Assembly (NCBI GenBank): GCA_030068145.1
Contig: JAPJBO010000148.1
Span: forward strand, 208,409 to 272,408
Length of the DNA: 64,000 nt
Direction: 5' to 3'
Source of the DNA: Diplonema papillatum
Lineage: Eukaryota
The notes beneath the pieces are model-generated. The model was not told the origin of the DNA and ran no database searches. It saw only the letters and a list, made by a program, of their open reading frames with translations. Both the position numbers and the translations under genes were made by a program. This document shows, in pieces, positions 44,885-56,790 of this stretch (its first letter is position 1; every line of letters begins with the position of its first letter).

Positions 44885-46801
44885 TCATGATGATACGGCC
44901 AAATAATAGATCTTGAAGCATACCTCTGGCTCTGCTGCGTCTGCTGTTTTCCCTTTTGCGGATGCGACGGGCCAGCGCTCGTTTGCTTTTTCGTAGGGTA
45001 GACCATTACGAAGAAGTGCCGAAGGTGGGTAATGCCAAATGCGGCCATCAGGGAATCTGATACGGACGCAGTCGCGTTCTCGGCATTTCCACGGTGCGGG
45101 CTGAAGTGTTCTTCCTGCATCTTTCGAAGGCCTTCCCTTCGCAGGGTGAATCCCACCTTGTTGGACAAAGATTCCTTCCATACCGCAGTAGTCATCTTTC
45201 CAAGAATCGCATTTATCGTCCTCAACTTGCTTCGACTGCCATTCCAATCCCCCTTTCACCTCTTGGATACCAAACTCGGCACACAATCTCTCGACTACTT
45301 CAGGGTCAGGGTGGACACGTACCCGAATCTCTTTCTTCGCCCCCAGAGAAACCCCGGGCATGTAATCCTTGTACGGTGAAAAGGATGAGGGGTGCTTCGG
45401 GTTGTAATGTCCCGACGGACCGCCACCAGGACCCACCGCGGCGGCTTGGTGTTTGTGCTCGTTGCGCTTTCCCATAGAAATAGCTTTAGCGCCCTTTCGA
45501 CCAGTACTTCTCGGGAGATCGCCATTTTTGAAGTATTGAGAAGGCCCCGGGTTGTCCCGCGTTTTCCGTGACTCGGCGACAGCCATTGAAGTGAAGGAAC
45601 AGGGTCCTTGTATCGTGAAACGCGGACCATCTTTACCAATGCCACCCGCTGGATCGTACGAACCGGGACCAACGTTCCCACTCCAACATGCTACCAGGTG
45701 CCCTGATACATCCTTCTCGATTCCGTTCTGAAACACTACTCTGTACCCTAGCTTGTCCCCATCGCCTCCGATCCACGGTTCCTTAACACTTCCTTTCAAA
45801 GGTGGTCCCGCACCCAAACGCACTGCGACCAAGGTTCCAGGTGGGAAGGGGCACCTTGGAGAGCGCCCCTTTTGCTCAAAACGGTGCTTCATGGTTATAC
45901 TCCGCGAGGTTGAGCTAAGAGCTGTATCGAGGGAGTACTCCCCAGGCCCGGGAACTCCAGATGACTTTGTAGTTGAGGGTGGGGCAGGTCGGAACTTTGG
46001 TCCGTGGACATTCTTTGACGTGTAATTCGGTCCATATGGCTTGTAGTAATACCCAGGCCCTGGTGTCCCTTCTTCCTCCGAATCAAAAGGACGGCTCGAC
46101 ATTGTGAACGGTTTTGAAGTCGACGCCTTCGCCATATCAAGGCGTGTAGTATCGTAGGCACCAGGGCCTGGCATTGCCATTTCATCGGTTCTCTTCTCAC
46201 CTCTCGATAGCCGCATAGCTGAGCTCTTTGAATTGTTCGAATGGGCACACGATAGCATCGGCCTGCCCTTGTTGTCGCTTCTCGGTTGATAGGAGCCTGG
46301 TCCGGGCACGTCCGTTGGACAGCGAGGAGTTACGACAGGGCTCCCAATGGACGGCCCCATTCGATGACATCGCTTCGGATCGGCTTCTTCCAGTCTGGAC
46401 ACACGCCATCCGGAGCTCTGATGAGGACCCTTCGAAACATTCAACACATCGGTCGTATAGTGACCAGGCCCTGGTTCGTCAGCACGTATGACTTCAGCTC
46501 TCAACCTTTTTGCCTCTGCTGTTTTGGGCTCTTTCGGCTCTTTAGGTGCAAATGAATACACCGGGGACAAATGCCATTTGAGCTTCTCGTCGGGATCGTA
46601 TTCGCCGGGCCCCGGCTCAGGAATAAGTTCCTCTTCTTGGTGGTAGCGATGTTTGATCGTAATCTTTGGACCAGCCCCGATGGAAGTAGGGATCGTATAG
46701 ATAGGGCCAGGACCAGCAGACCGAGCGCTTACAGGAAGCGGCCTGCCAGCTTCGGGCGGACGAACTGGAACCCGATTCGGCCTTCGAGACAATGATTCCA
46801 T
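44885..46801 (-). CDS. Sperm-tail PG-rich repeat (STPG/SHIPPO) protein, a flagellar/ciliary protein family
   Basis: At least 12 evenly spaced 'GPG(x)Y' motifs (PGPGEYD, GPGHYT, PGPGSYQ, PGPGAYD, PGPGYYY, PGPGEYS, GPGSYDP…), as in Pfam PF07004. A further SHIPPO-like segment at 44400-44513 (…SGRPPATAIDQSPGPGDYTIP…) may be a downstream exon. Confidence 0.7.
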   Translation of the reverse strand: MESLSRRPNRVPVRPPEAGRPLPVSARSAGPGPIYTIPTSIGAGPKITIKHRYHQEEELIPEPGPGEYDPDEKLKWHLSPVYSFAPKEPKEPKTAEAKRLRAEVIRADEPGPGHYTTDVLNVSKGPHQSSGWRVSRLEEADPKRCHRMGPSIGSPVVTPRCPTDVPGPGSYQPRSDNKGRPMLSCAHSNNSKSSAMRLSRGEKRTDEMAMPGPGAYDTTRLDMAKASTSKPFTMSSRPFDSEEEGTPGPGYYYKPYGPNYTSKNVHGPKFRPAPPSTTKSSGVPGPGEYSLDTALSSTSRSITMKHRFEQKGRSPRCPFPPGTLVAVRLGAGPPLKGSVKEPWIGGDGDKLGYRVVFQNGIEKDVSGHLVACWSGNVGPGSYDPAGGIGKDGPRFTIQGPCSFTSMAVAESRKTRDNPGPSQYFKNGDLPRSTGRKGAKAISMGKRNEHKHQAAAVGPGGGPSGHYNPKHPSSFSPYKDYMPGVSLGAKKEIRVRVHPDPEVVERLCAEFGIQEVKGGLEWQSKQVEDDKCDSWKDDYCGMEGIFVQQGGIHPAKGRPSKDAGRTLQPAPWKCRERDCVRIRFPDGRIWHYPPSALLRNGLPYEKANERWPVASAKGKTADAAEPEVCFKIYYLAVSS

Positions 46802-47185
46802 GTTCCTTGTTTTATTTTGTAGCTACTTGAACCTGCATGTGTATTATAAAGGCCAGAGATGACAACCGTTCTCGAGCCTCAAAACACACATTTACTCTTC
46901 TTCAAAGTGCGTAGCCTGAACGCTCTTAGCATTTGCTATTTATTTCTCTGGTGGGAGAAGAGGCGGAATATGGCTCGGGGTAAAAAGCTTTTCTGAGTTG
47001 GTCGTGAACAACAACGAACCCCTGGCAACAGCTGCTGCCTCGTGTTGTTCCTCGCCGAGATCTGTGCCGCGAGGAGGCTGTGGGGGCTCATTTTCAATGC
47101 CTGTTTCGTCTGGGTAGCACTATTTTTCACGAAAGGTTTTGTGCTGTCGGGGTGCGCTATGAACATCACTAAAGCCCCCTCCCCC

Positions 47186-47987
47186 CCCTAGGGCAGTGCT
47201 GGCTGCAAACGTGCAAACGTTTGCGCAAACGTTTGCGTTTGCGTTTGCAGATCTGGCAGATGCCGTTTGCAAACGTTTGCAAACGGCAACGGTGCAGTGC
47301 AAGGCTAGCAATGGATAGACACATGCGAGCGATATAGACGTGGGCAAGTGACATTTATGCTGTCGTGAGTGGCAGCAGTGACAGTGGGATGTCGACAAAC
47401 CGCAAAGGAAAAGGCTTTGTTTCTGTGGGACCCTTAGTCGGACTTCTGCTGTGGAGGATTTATTACCGGCGTCCCCTCCACGAAGCCGCCGCCGCTCTCA
47501 GCCCGCAGTGGAAAACGGAGATCGACACCAACGCGACAGAGGGATTGCGAAGGTCCTCGCTTCTTTCCGGACTACACGACCAGCTCTGTGCATTGGCTGA
47601 GCACTCCGACTGCCTCACCGTACGAGAGGGACTAGGTTTGAAAGCAGCAAACAAGTGGCTCGGGGAGATCTGGTGGAACGCATTTGGCACCAAGTGGCTG
47701 CCATTGCAGGCGGTAGCCGAGAAAAATATTATTGGCCAGCCCAGGGTGGTCGGTGTATGACGCAGTGAAGGACAACAAGCGAAGCAGCATGGGGATAAAA
47801 ATAGCAGATTCCCTCGTGCGGCTGAACTACAACAACAGGAACACCGCCAAGACTCTCCCGCCGTATAAACCCTGTAAAACGGTAATGACGTTTGCAAACG
47901 TTTGCAACGTTTGCACTGCAAACGTTTGCCGTTTGCAGAATCGGTGCAAACGCGTTTGCAGCCGTTTGCAGCCAGCACTGCCCTAGG
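47186..47987. mobile_element. Non-autonomous TIR element (~800 bp) with ~110-bp TIRs rich in the palindrome CAAACGTTTG; termini (C)n|TAGGGCAGTGCTGGCTGCAAACG
   Basis: Left end 'cccccccctagggcagtgctggctgcaaacgtgcaaacgtttgc…'; right end '…gcaaacgcgtttgcagccgtttgcagccagcactgccctagg'. Confidence 0.7.
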
Positions 47988-48611
47988 GTTGGTTGTACTA
48001 TGTATTATTTGTATTATTGTATTATTGTATTTTTGTATTTTTGTATTTTTGTATTATTTGTATTATAAAATCTGCTGTTTTATAATACAAATAATGCAAA
48101 ACTGGATGCAAGCCCTGACGCTGCAGCCCGAAGCTTGGTTGGCCATGGTGGGACTCTTGAAGTCTGAGGGGGGATCGCTGTTGAGCCTGGTGGGTGCCGC
48201 GTCGTGCCCCACACTTGTGCCACAGAGGAGCTTCAGTGTGATGGGGCTCACACAAGCCGCTCGGGTCACCTTGCTCCTGAACGCCTGTACAAGCTGTCCA
48301 CCTTGTCGCAGTGGCTGGCACCCGTCCACGTCGACAACCCACGGAGACGGAGAAAAACACCATTATGTCGATGTCGATGAGGGTGGTGAGGTCGAGGGCT
48401 GCGAAGACGAGGTGGATGAGGGTCTTGTAGTTGCGGAGAGTGAGGACGAAGAGGGAGATGAGGAAGAAGCGATCTGACAGAAGGTGTGTTCTTACCGCCC
48501 CATGTCCGCCGTGTATTATTGTACTGGTGTATTATTGTGTATTATCGTATTATTGTATTATTTGTATTATTCGTATTATAAACGGCCAAACCAATAATAC
48601 TGCCAACCCTA

Positions 48612-50097
48612 CCCCCCCCCTAGCATAGTGGTCAAACGATTCGCATGCGATAATAATTATCGCATATAATCGGCATGCGATAGTATGCGATAATTCATAA
48701 TACTGTATTTGTACAGCCCTGCAGGGGTGGGTTCCGGGGGAAAGTTTGTGACTTTCTCTGGGGTTTGTAGTAGCAAGAGTGCTATGAGTACCTTTCTGTC
48801 AACCACACAGATTCCGTTGCCGCCCCAATCCCGCCAGCCCAGTAGATCGTGCCAGCTGATACTACGACAGATGAAGTTGTTCAGATGCTCCCCAGACGCA
48901 AGAAGCATAATATTATGGAGGTCTTCAGAAGACAACAGGACCATGAGCCGGCTTGAACGAAGGCAGTGTCATGCTGGAACTCGACACACAGCCGAAACAA
49001 GACCAACCATGACTTGTGTACAAGGGAAGACTACTTCGGCGAGCCCCAGTGAAACAGCCGGAACCAGATAAACGCCGTAAGAGATGTCGACGCACCAGCA
49101 CTAAAAAGAGGCAGGCCATCAGCACTGGTCAGCAACCGTGCAAGCTCTCTTTCATCGTCTTCATCAACGACTTCGGCGTTGCTGACACGGGAGCCTCAGC
49201 CTTCCCGGGAAGTGGCGACAAGGTGTATGCTCTTACGCTGCCTGGGTACGCCGCAATGCCGGGATCACGCACCGCCCACGTTTTGCAGCTGGAAGGAGGA
49301 CGAAAGTGATGTTAAACGGCATAGAAGCAGTTTGCTCCAAACCCGTGTATCTGCAGGACGTACCCTTCGCTCAATGGAAACTGAAGTTTCCCATCAAGGC
49401 GTTAGCCGCCGCCGTAGGCCGTGCAGTTGCAAAGAAGAAGAGAGCCCGCAGCGCTACGCGATCCCGCGAGGTGAGCTCACCCACCAGCCAGAGATTGGCA
49501 TTGCAAGAGGCATCTGTCTGTCGTCGGGTTGCTGACGATGGTCTCAGCTATGAGTAGGGTACGGAAGTGGGTGCGAAGTCATGGATATGTCAGGCGGCGC
49601 CTACCAGTGCAAGAGTTGTTCGGTGGACGACTTCCGGATGAAGCAGGAGAAAATACAAGGAACTCTGAGAGCGTGATGGACACCCACAACGTACCGAAGC
49701 TTCTGCACACCAGCCACCACCAACCAAGGCGGCTCGCGCAAGAAGGGATCGAGCCATGGTAGTTGTCAAGTTAGGTGACACTGGTAGTGGTCGGTTGTCA
49801 GTTGTCGAAGCGTCACGGTAGCATGTCGGATGACCGACGCAGTGTACGAGTGAGAAAGGCTCGCAACGAGCTCCGCGGACTCGTTTTCTCACTTTCTGCG
49901 CCTGTCAAGCCATCCTGCCTCGCTCCGGGTCTCCCAAAGAAGTCTGCGATAATGTGCGATAATCGTGCGATAATCATTATCGCACGTGCGATAATGTGCG
50001 ATAATCGTGCGATAATGCGAATGAAAATGCGACAATTGGCGCCAAAATCCCAAATGCGATAATATGCGATAATGCGAATCGTTTGACCACTATGCGG
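48612..50097. mobile_element. Non-autonomous TIR element (~1.5 kb) with termini (C)n|CTAGCATAGTGGTCAAACGATTCGCAT and subterminal (GCGATAAT)n repeats
   Basis: Left end 'cccccccctagcatagtggtcaaacgattcgcatgcgataat…'; right end '…gcgataatgcgaatcgtttgaccactatgcggcccccccccccccccccccc'. Only short internal ORFs. Confidence 0.7.
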
Positions 50098-50121
50098 CCC
50101 CCCCCCCCCCCCCCCCCCCTC

Positions 50122-51250
50122 GTACTATTTATAAGCAGCATGGGTTCCACTGTCACCTTATTAAAGCCCCCCCCCCCCCTCGTACTATTTAGGCAGTCGT
50201 ACTATTTAGGTAAATAGTACGAGTGTTGTTTTTTAAAAAGTTTTAAGTGGTGCCCCCAGCCGCAACGACTTTTAAGTTTAGTTCCGGCTAAGAGCTCACG
50301 CTCGCTGGACAGGTCTTCCCCGTTTTCTCTTTGATGACAGGTGTCAGCATGCAGATCCAGCACAGAGAGCGCGTCCAGGTCCATCATCGCTGATTCGTCA
50401 AGGTTCACCACCTTTACTGCATCGGCAATGCGAGAGCTGCTGCGAGCACAGTGTGTTTAGTCCTTCTGAGCCTATTAGACACTCACTGGTTGGGCATGTG
50501 TCACTTACAGTGAGCCTCACTCCAAGCGACTATCATGCACTTTTGTCCACTATGACTGAAGAGTGCGGTTTCAGCGTCACTTAGAAGAATTAGAAAAACG
50601 GAAGATTTCGGCGAAAACCCCCAGTTCAGTTGCAGTAAGCTAACCTTTAGCACTGAACGAAGAAAAATGCGGTTTCGGTGCCACTTGGAGTGAGCATTCA
50701 GCATCACTTAGTGAGACTTCACTCTAAATGACGCCGAGCCTCGATCCTCTCGGTTCAGTGTCACTGAGAGTGAGGCTCACTCTACATGCCACTGGTTGAA
50801 TGATAGTTGAATAGAGGTTAAATAGTGGCTAAACAGTACGAGTCACTGCCGGGGTGCGGTCGTGGTTCCCGTGGTGTGAGTCGGGGGGAAAATCTTAGTT
50901 TAATGTTTAGGCAGGACATTGCCTCTCATGCATGTTTGATGCTAGCAGCAAGTCTTCTTCGAAGAGAGTGTACAATAGAAAAGGGAAAAAGGAAAAGGGT
51001 AAAGGGGTCGCGGGGAGTGTAAGACTCCGCAGGTAAGGTATGAAACCTTGAGGGACTAGCCCTCTTTATTGTTTTTCACCGCGGTGTTGTGTGCACCTCG
51101 TTCTTCGTCTCGGGTTTCGCTCGTGACCGCAGGGGGGAATCTTAGTTTCGGGGGGGGGGGGGGGGGGGGGGGGGGTGGAGGGTTCACGGCAAGTGTCCGT
51201 GGAACTCCAACCGATGCCTCCCCTTTCACCTAATAGTACGAGGGGGGCTT
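50122..51250. mobile_element. Candidate TIR element bounded by (C)n-TCGTACTATT … AATAGTACGA-(G)n
   Basis: Left end 'cccccccccccccccccccctcgtactattta'; right end 'cctaatagtacgaggggggc', preceded by a G26 tract at 51153-51179. There is an internal mini-palindrome at 50190-50232. Confidence 0.45.
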
Positions 51251-51716
51251 TAACTGCGGCCTACCTGTTGGTGGCTTGCTTCAAGCAAGCTGAACAATCG
51301 ATGTGCCAATTCCCTCAGTGAACTGCAAGTACACCACTGTGAAAAAACAGCCACGTAGGGCAGGCAGGCAGGTAGGTCCTGCACTAACCACACCGCAAAG
51401 ACTAATTAGGTGGGGCCGCTTCTCTACCTGGTAGCCCTGACACGACAACACTGGGCTCTCAGCTATTCTGCACGGACAAAGAGCAAAAAGAAATGCACGA
51501 GACAACAATTCGTAGAAGGATAGAGGTTTCCAAGAGATCTATGGCAATGAAAATGCGGTGATAGCGGAGCAATGGCGATCGACCCTATCGCAAACGAATC
51601 TGTAAATGAATCGATCAGGAACTCGACTCACTCTGTCGTTGTATCGAACGACAGGATACCGACTGCGAACACAGAAACGACAGAACGGGTATTATCACAT
51701 TGGCAATTCAAGTTGT

Positions 51717-52505
51717 TCACAGTTCATCGAGCTCTGCGAGCTCGGCCATAATGTCGTTAGGCGGGAAGTCTCCAACGGTCACTTTGTCGGGCGTGGTGAA
51801 TCCGCCATAGTTTGGTTGGCACTCAAAGTATCGCTTCTGCTTCGCTTTGCCATCGTTTTTGCCTACCGGCTCGTCGAACTCGACGCCAACCCAATAACCT
51901 GGCTTCAGTTCAGGGATCTTACCTACATAGCGAATGGTAGCTTTCCGATCTCCCGGGAAAACAATACAGCGATCTCCGACCTTAATTTTGGCAGCGTCTT
52001 CGGCAAAGGCTTCAGGATCTACTTCTTTCTTCTCCGGTAGTTTTCCTTCTGCGCGGAGCTTCTCCATACGCTTCAACTTTTCTTGTCTGACGCTGTTGTC
52101 ACGCTTGGCATAGTCTTCATCTGTCATCTCATACTTTTGCACCAGGCTAACGTCTGTCCAACCCCGAACATTTTGCTTCGCATTGGGGTCCAGGTCAACG
52201 GCATGCAATATTTGGCCATCTTGTGGGGAGTAAAACCCAAGCATCTTGCCATCGTCCATGTTGTCAGCAAGGGTCTGACCATCAGACGTCTTTAATTGCA
52301 GAATCATGAGGGAGCTGTCGGTTCCGAAGTGAGTTTGAACCTTCCACTTGACTTCCGCAATGGTTAAATGCTTATCAAAACGTTTCTCCATCACTCCAGA
52401 CTCGAAAACGTTGTGAGTAACATGGAGGATAACACTGTCATCACTTCCACTCTTTATCTCATCTCCTTCGCGCACAATGCCCAGACTTCTCGCGACGGTT
52501 GACAT
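51717..52505 (-). CDS. TBCB: Tubulin-folding cofactor B (N-terminal ubiquitin-like domain + C-terminal CAP-Gly domain)
   Basis: CAP-Gly signature: GDRCIVFPGDRKATIRYVGKIPELKPGYWVGVEFDEPVGKNDGKAKQKRYFEC. The protein ends …ELDEL. ATG at 52503-52505. It looks like a single exon. Confidence 0.8.
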   Translation of the reverse strand: MSTVARSLGIVREGDEIKSGSDDSVILHVTHNVFESGVMEKRFDKHLTIAEVKWKVQTHFGTDSSLMILQLKTSDGQTLADNMDDGKMLGFYSPQDGQILHAVDLDPNAKQNVRGWTDVSLVQKYEMTDEDYAKRDNSVRQEKLKRMEKLRAEGKLPEKKEVDPEAFAEDAAKIKVGDRCIVFPGDRKATIRYVGKIPELKPGYWVGVEFDEPVGKNDGKAKQKRYFECQPNYGGFTTPDKVTVGDFPPNDIMAELAELDEL

Positions 52506-53379
52506 TTTTTTTACAGACTGTTGAGAAGTGCTGAGGAATGCTTTGATTTCTGTGTAAGTTTGTTTGGTGTCATAAAGGGGGGGTAGACCTATTATTCACC
52601 CGGGGTTTTCCGGAAATTCCGCGAACATGAAAGCTAGTGGCGTTAAAAATTTGCTATTATCCAGGCTTTATCCAATGGTTATCCAAGGGCTATCCAGGGT
52701 TTTGTTGCAGGGTGGTGTTTTTTCCTTCGCGCCTTCGGCGCGATATTGATTGTTGTTTGGTAAAACTAACCTGTCTGGCCGAGTGTTAGTGGGTGCCCTT
52801 AGACAGTTCTGCTTGTCTAGGTTAGGAAGAGTCAACATCGAAGGATCGAAAAGCAACATTGCTATGAACGCTTGGTTGCCACAAGCCCCTTCCCTGTGGC
52901 AAATTTTTTCTGTCACCTCCGGCTTCATCCTTCGATATCACAAGGCACTCCCACGACCGTTCTTTTGCTGCCTGGCCGACGTTCATCCCCTGCACTGGAG
53001 GCGGTAGAAGTCAAGGAAGAAGTGCCACCGAAGCGGCACTTCAGCCGTCCTCTTCACAGCGCCAGCAAAGCAAAGCGCACCCACAGGGTGGCAGAGTGTG
53101 CTGGTTCACAAAACACTACACCAAACCGCGGCCTTGAGAAACCATTGATCAGCCTCTTTTCCGTTTTAACAGCTCTTTCTTCTTGTTTTCACTCTCTTTT
53201 TTTGTTTGTTGGCAACATATACATTCTATACTGTTTCCACACGCTTCTCACTTGGTGTGCTGTTGTTACACTCACAGCGGGTGGATAGGCCCATTTCCAT
53301 AAAATCTTCCGAGACTATAGCTCTATCGAGCCAACCCCACTTTTTAGGGGGTCGGGGGCGAAGCCCGGGGGCACTTTTT

Positions 53380-53611
53380 CGTAGTGTTTTTTTGGGTCAG
53401 AATTTTTGTCAGCGGCCATAGCTTTTTTTGCCCCTGGAAATTGACACCGTGATGGCAGAGTGAACGGAGCCAGGGTTTAGGGCTGGAGTTCCCGGGTTCG
53501 AACCCCGCCGAGGACCTTTTTTTTGGTTCCCCTCGGTCTTCGGTCAATTCCCTCGCTCCGGGGTTTTCTTGACCCGTGATTTGGCACCGGGTATTTGCGC
53601 GGCCCGGACGG
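53380..53611 (+). mobile_element. SINE-like element with a tRNA-related head (…GATGGCAGAGTGAACGGAGCCAGGG…CCCGGGTTCGAACCCCGCC…)
   Basis: The head is homologous to the 29220-29290 / 9930 heads. It is followed directly by the 17-bp satellite tail. Confidence 0.5.
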
Positions 53612-54120
53612 AACTTAGCTTCGCCCGAACTTTGCTTTGCTTCGCCCGAACTTTGCACTTTGCTTTGACTTAGCTTCGCCCGAACTTTACTACCAGAACT
53701 TAGCATCGCCCGAACTTTGCTGCCGAACTTTGCTTCACCAGAACTTCCCCAGAACTTAGCTACACTCGAACTTTGTTTCGCCCGAACTTTGCTTCACCAG
53801 AACTTAGCCTCCCCAGAACTTTGCTTTGACTCAGCTTCACCCGAACTTTGCTTAGCCTCACGAGCCAGAACGAAGCTTCACCAGAACTTAGCTTCGCCCG
53901 AACTTTGCTTTGCTTCGCCCGAACTTTGCACTTTGCTTTGACTTAGCACCCGAACTTTGCTTTGACTTAGCTTCGCCCGAACTTGACTTCACCAGAACTT
54001 AGCATCGCCCGAACTTTGCTTTGCTTCGCCCGAACTTTGCTTTCACCAGAACTTAGCCTCCCCAGAACTTAGCTTCACCCGAACTTTGCTTTGCTTCGCC
54101 GAACTTAGCTTCACCAGAAC
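53612..54120 (-). repeat. 17-18-bp satellite (GCTTCGCCCGAACTTWG)n, reverse complement of the 28831-29060 array
   Basis: Visible periodicity, with variants (ttgctttgacttagc, accagaacttagc). Confidence 0.8.
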
Positions 54121-54189
54121 AGTGTGAGACTTAGCTAGCTATTTGGCCAGCTAGCTATTTTTAGCTATTTATAGACTGTTTCTTGTAGT

Positions 54190-54480
54190 AAGCGGTCGGT
54201 TTTTTGAAGTCTCCGTTTGACTTGTGAGGCGAGGAGGAAGGGGGGGTTTTCCTTTTGTGCTGTTAGAGCAGGGTCTGGGCAGTGTGTTTTCATTCTTTTA
54301 CGTACTTTGTGTCGCTTTTACTTTACTGTTTATTGTCACATGTGGTTGCGCATCCGTGTAACTTCGTTTTTGGCGTATGTGACCGACACCAGGTCCACTG
54401 CGTTGTGCTAGTGGTCCTGGGCCCCCCACGTCCTACACGTTGAGCAGGGGTTGCCGTGCAGTCCGTATCGGTCTACGTGT
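54190..54480 (+). repeat. Interspersed repeat shared with 56800-57020, 7655-7700 and 8560-8700
   Basis: 'cggttttttgaagtctccgtttgacttgtgaggcg', 'ggcagtgtgttttcattc…' and '…gaccgacacca…cttgggccccccacg…gttgagcaggggttgcc(g/a)tgcag(t/c)(c/t)cgtatcggtct' blocks. Confidence 0.55.
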
Positions 54481-54631
54481 CAAACCTGTAGCTTTCTTCT
54501 TTGTTCTTTTACGGGGAGGGGTAACAGTAAGGGGGTTCAGGGTAGGTAAAAGTAGTGGGACGGGTAAAAAACGGCCATTTGGTGTCAATACACACGGATT
54601 GGAAACGATAGTTATATAAAACGATCATTTT

Positions 54632-56790
54632 TGAGCCAATTCACCTAGCCCCCCTGAAAGTGACTTTAGCTCGATTACGCGTCGATTACACTCGATTACA
54701 CTCGATTACGCTCGATTACGCTCGATTACACTCGATCAACATTTGGGTGAATTGGGGGGGTACTGCAGTAATTGATTAAAGGCGTGACACTCAGCCAATC
54801 TTGATAGGCCGGTTCAACGGGCCCACTAACGCACCTTCTTCCGGGGCTAAAAAGGTGCTGATGACAGGATATTGAAATTGGAATAAAAACAAGAATATTA
54901 GTCTGAAAAAATGACCGCGACAGGCAGTGTAGCTGGAGACCAGGAAGCTCGGGCTGACTCACGGAAGCAGGTTGTCGAGTGCGTACGGGCTCGGGTACCA
55001 CTATCTCGCATTAGCTCGTCTTCTTGTTGCGTTAGTATAGTCCTTTGACAGAGGGAGCTGGTGCCTCTCATCTCACCTTTAAAACACGGCTGAGTCACGC
55101 ATGCTCTTGACAGACGCTAGCGTCCGACATTTCGCACGCGCGTCGCAGTCGTTGGGTGGTATTGACAAGGGGTTTCATCGGACACTCGGATGAGCTTCGT
55201 TACTTCACTGGAGGCCCGCTTGGCTGCCTTCGAGTTGCGTTTCCGCGTTGGTGTTGTTGCTTCGCTTTTGGACTCCTTCTTCGACTTCGCACGGTCCCAA
55301 CGTCCTGGTCTGCCCTTGGTGCACGTCTTGCGCTCAGTCTGCGCAGTTCGTCTCTCCTGCTTGACTTCGTGATTCCATCGAGCCTGCTTGCGCTCCCATC
55401 CCGACGGGTATTGCGTCTGCGGTCGAAAACTGCCATTCAGTGTTGCAGCTTTGTGGAGCCCAGCCTGCGGTACGGCTCGCACCTTGTCGCCGGCCTACTT
55501 CGCCGTCTGCTCTCGTGCGGCGGCTTCGTAGGCGCGCATCACAGCTTCAAACGCCTGCTGGTTTGCTATTTGTGGTCTCTTGTTGAGTCCGGCCATGTTC
55601 CCGCCTCCGAGAGACGTCAGGACGTTGACTTGCATCTCAAGCGCCGGGTGAATCGGCGTCTGCACGATACTCGTCAGCCGTCGCATCGCGCTCTTCATCG
55701 CGTACGATTTCGCGGTCGCCGAGTCCCGATACTCGGCTGTCGCTCGTCTCTGAACCTCATCCATCGCGTGATTCGATAGAGCATCGGCGTCTTCTTGTTG
55801 CGTCAGTGGGGAGTCATTTGCATGCAAATGAGTACCACACTATCTCGCAATAGCTCGCATATATTAAATTTAGCGCAGTTAGTACTTGAGCCTTTAGGCA
55901 TTCGGTGCGGGCCAGTTCCAGGCGATAGGGTGTTCGCCGAGCGCTCGGTAGGCACCTTGTCCTCGGTGACATGGAGTTTCTGCTCCGGCTTGGGGGTGGT
56001 GACTTCGTCATTGCCGGGGATGCAGGAGAGCTTCCGGGGAGCAAAGATATCCTCTGCCTGACGTTCTCGTACCTGGACACGATGGAGCAGAGATGGAGGA
56101 TGCGGCTTGTGTTTGCAGCACTTGTGCGGCAGAAGGATCCAGCAACGACAACCAAGTATCTCCAGTACGTGCTGGATTACTTTCAGAAGCTGCAAGAGTC
56201 GCTCCTTGCCTTGGGGTTCGATCTCCCTGGCGATGCACTGCTCCCAAGGATGAAAAAGGTGGTTACAGACAGAGGCCTCTTCACGACGGCTAGTGAGTGT
56301 ACGCCTGTGGGGCCGTTGACGAGGTCATCATGGAGCCCGTGCATCGCCTGCACCTTGCTGACAAAGCCGTCCAAAAATGTCTGGCTACCGACCTTCCTTT
56401 CAAGGAAGGTCGGTCGCCAGACAAGGACCTTTGCGATCACTTAGCGCTTCTTCATCATTCATCATCCCGTCTTGCTAGGCTGCTCACAGTCGCTCGAAGA
56501 TCTTTCTGTCCCTTTTCGCCACCAACCCGCCTGCAGTCCCCGTGCTCGCTGCCATGATTTAGAACATCTTCATCTCGAGAGCTTCCGGTCTCATATGCAC
56601 ATCGCCCATGGGCCAGTCAGGGGTCCACCAGTGGTCGAACCCAAAATACTAGTGTCAATCTCGATCACACTCTACAACGCTCTACTACACTCTACTACAC
56701 TCTATTACGCTCGATTACACTCGATTACACTCGATTACACTCGATTACGCTCGATTACACTCGATCAGGGGGTAGGTGAATTGGCTCAAT
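54632..56790. mobile_element. Candidate ~2.2-kb element with inverted termini GAGCCAATTCACCTA(G/C)CCCCCTGA and subterminal (CTCGATTACA)n 10-bp arrays at both ends
   Basis: 54632-54660 'gagccaattcacctagcccccctga' is the reverse complement of 56765-56790 'tcagggggtaggtgaattggctc'. The 10-bp arrays lie at 54668-54745 and 56650-56765. Internal ORFs are short and unconvincing. Confidence 0.45.

Noticed and set aside
10570-52505. Kinetoplastid origin (suggested by the VIPER-like element and unidirectional genes)
   Set aside because: In-phase GT-AG introns with homology continuing across them (VIT-vWA, PFK-2) argue for conventional cis-splicing, and no spliced-leader context is recognisable. The origin remains undetermined.
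53440-53505. tRNA-like sequence (…GGCAGAGTGAACGG…CCCGGGTTCGAACCCCGCC…); also at 29220-29290 and 9928-9985
   Set aside because: The 5' and 3' ends do not form a 7-bp acceptor stem and the T-stem has a mismatch. One copy (9930) carries an internal deletion. It is always embedded in a longer repeated element. I interpret it as a tRNA-derived SINE head, not a tRNA gene.
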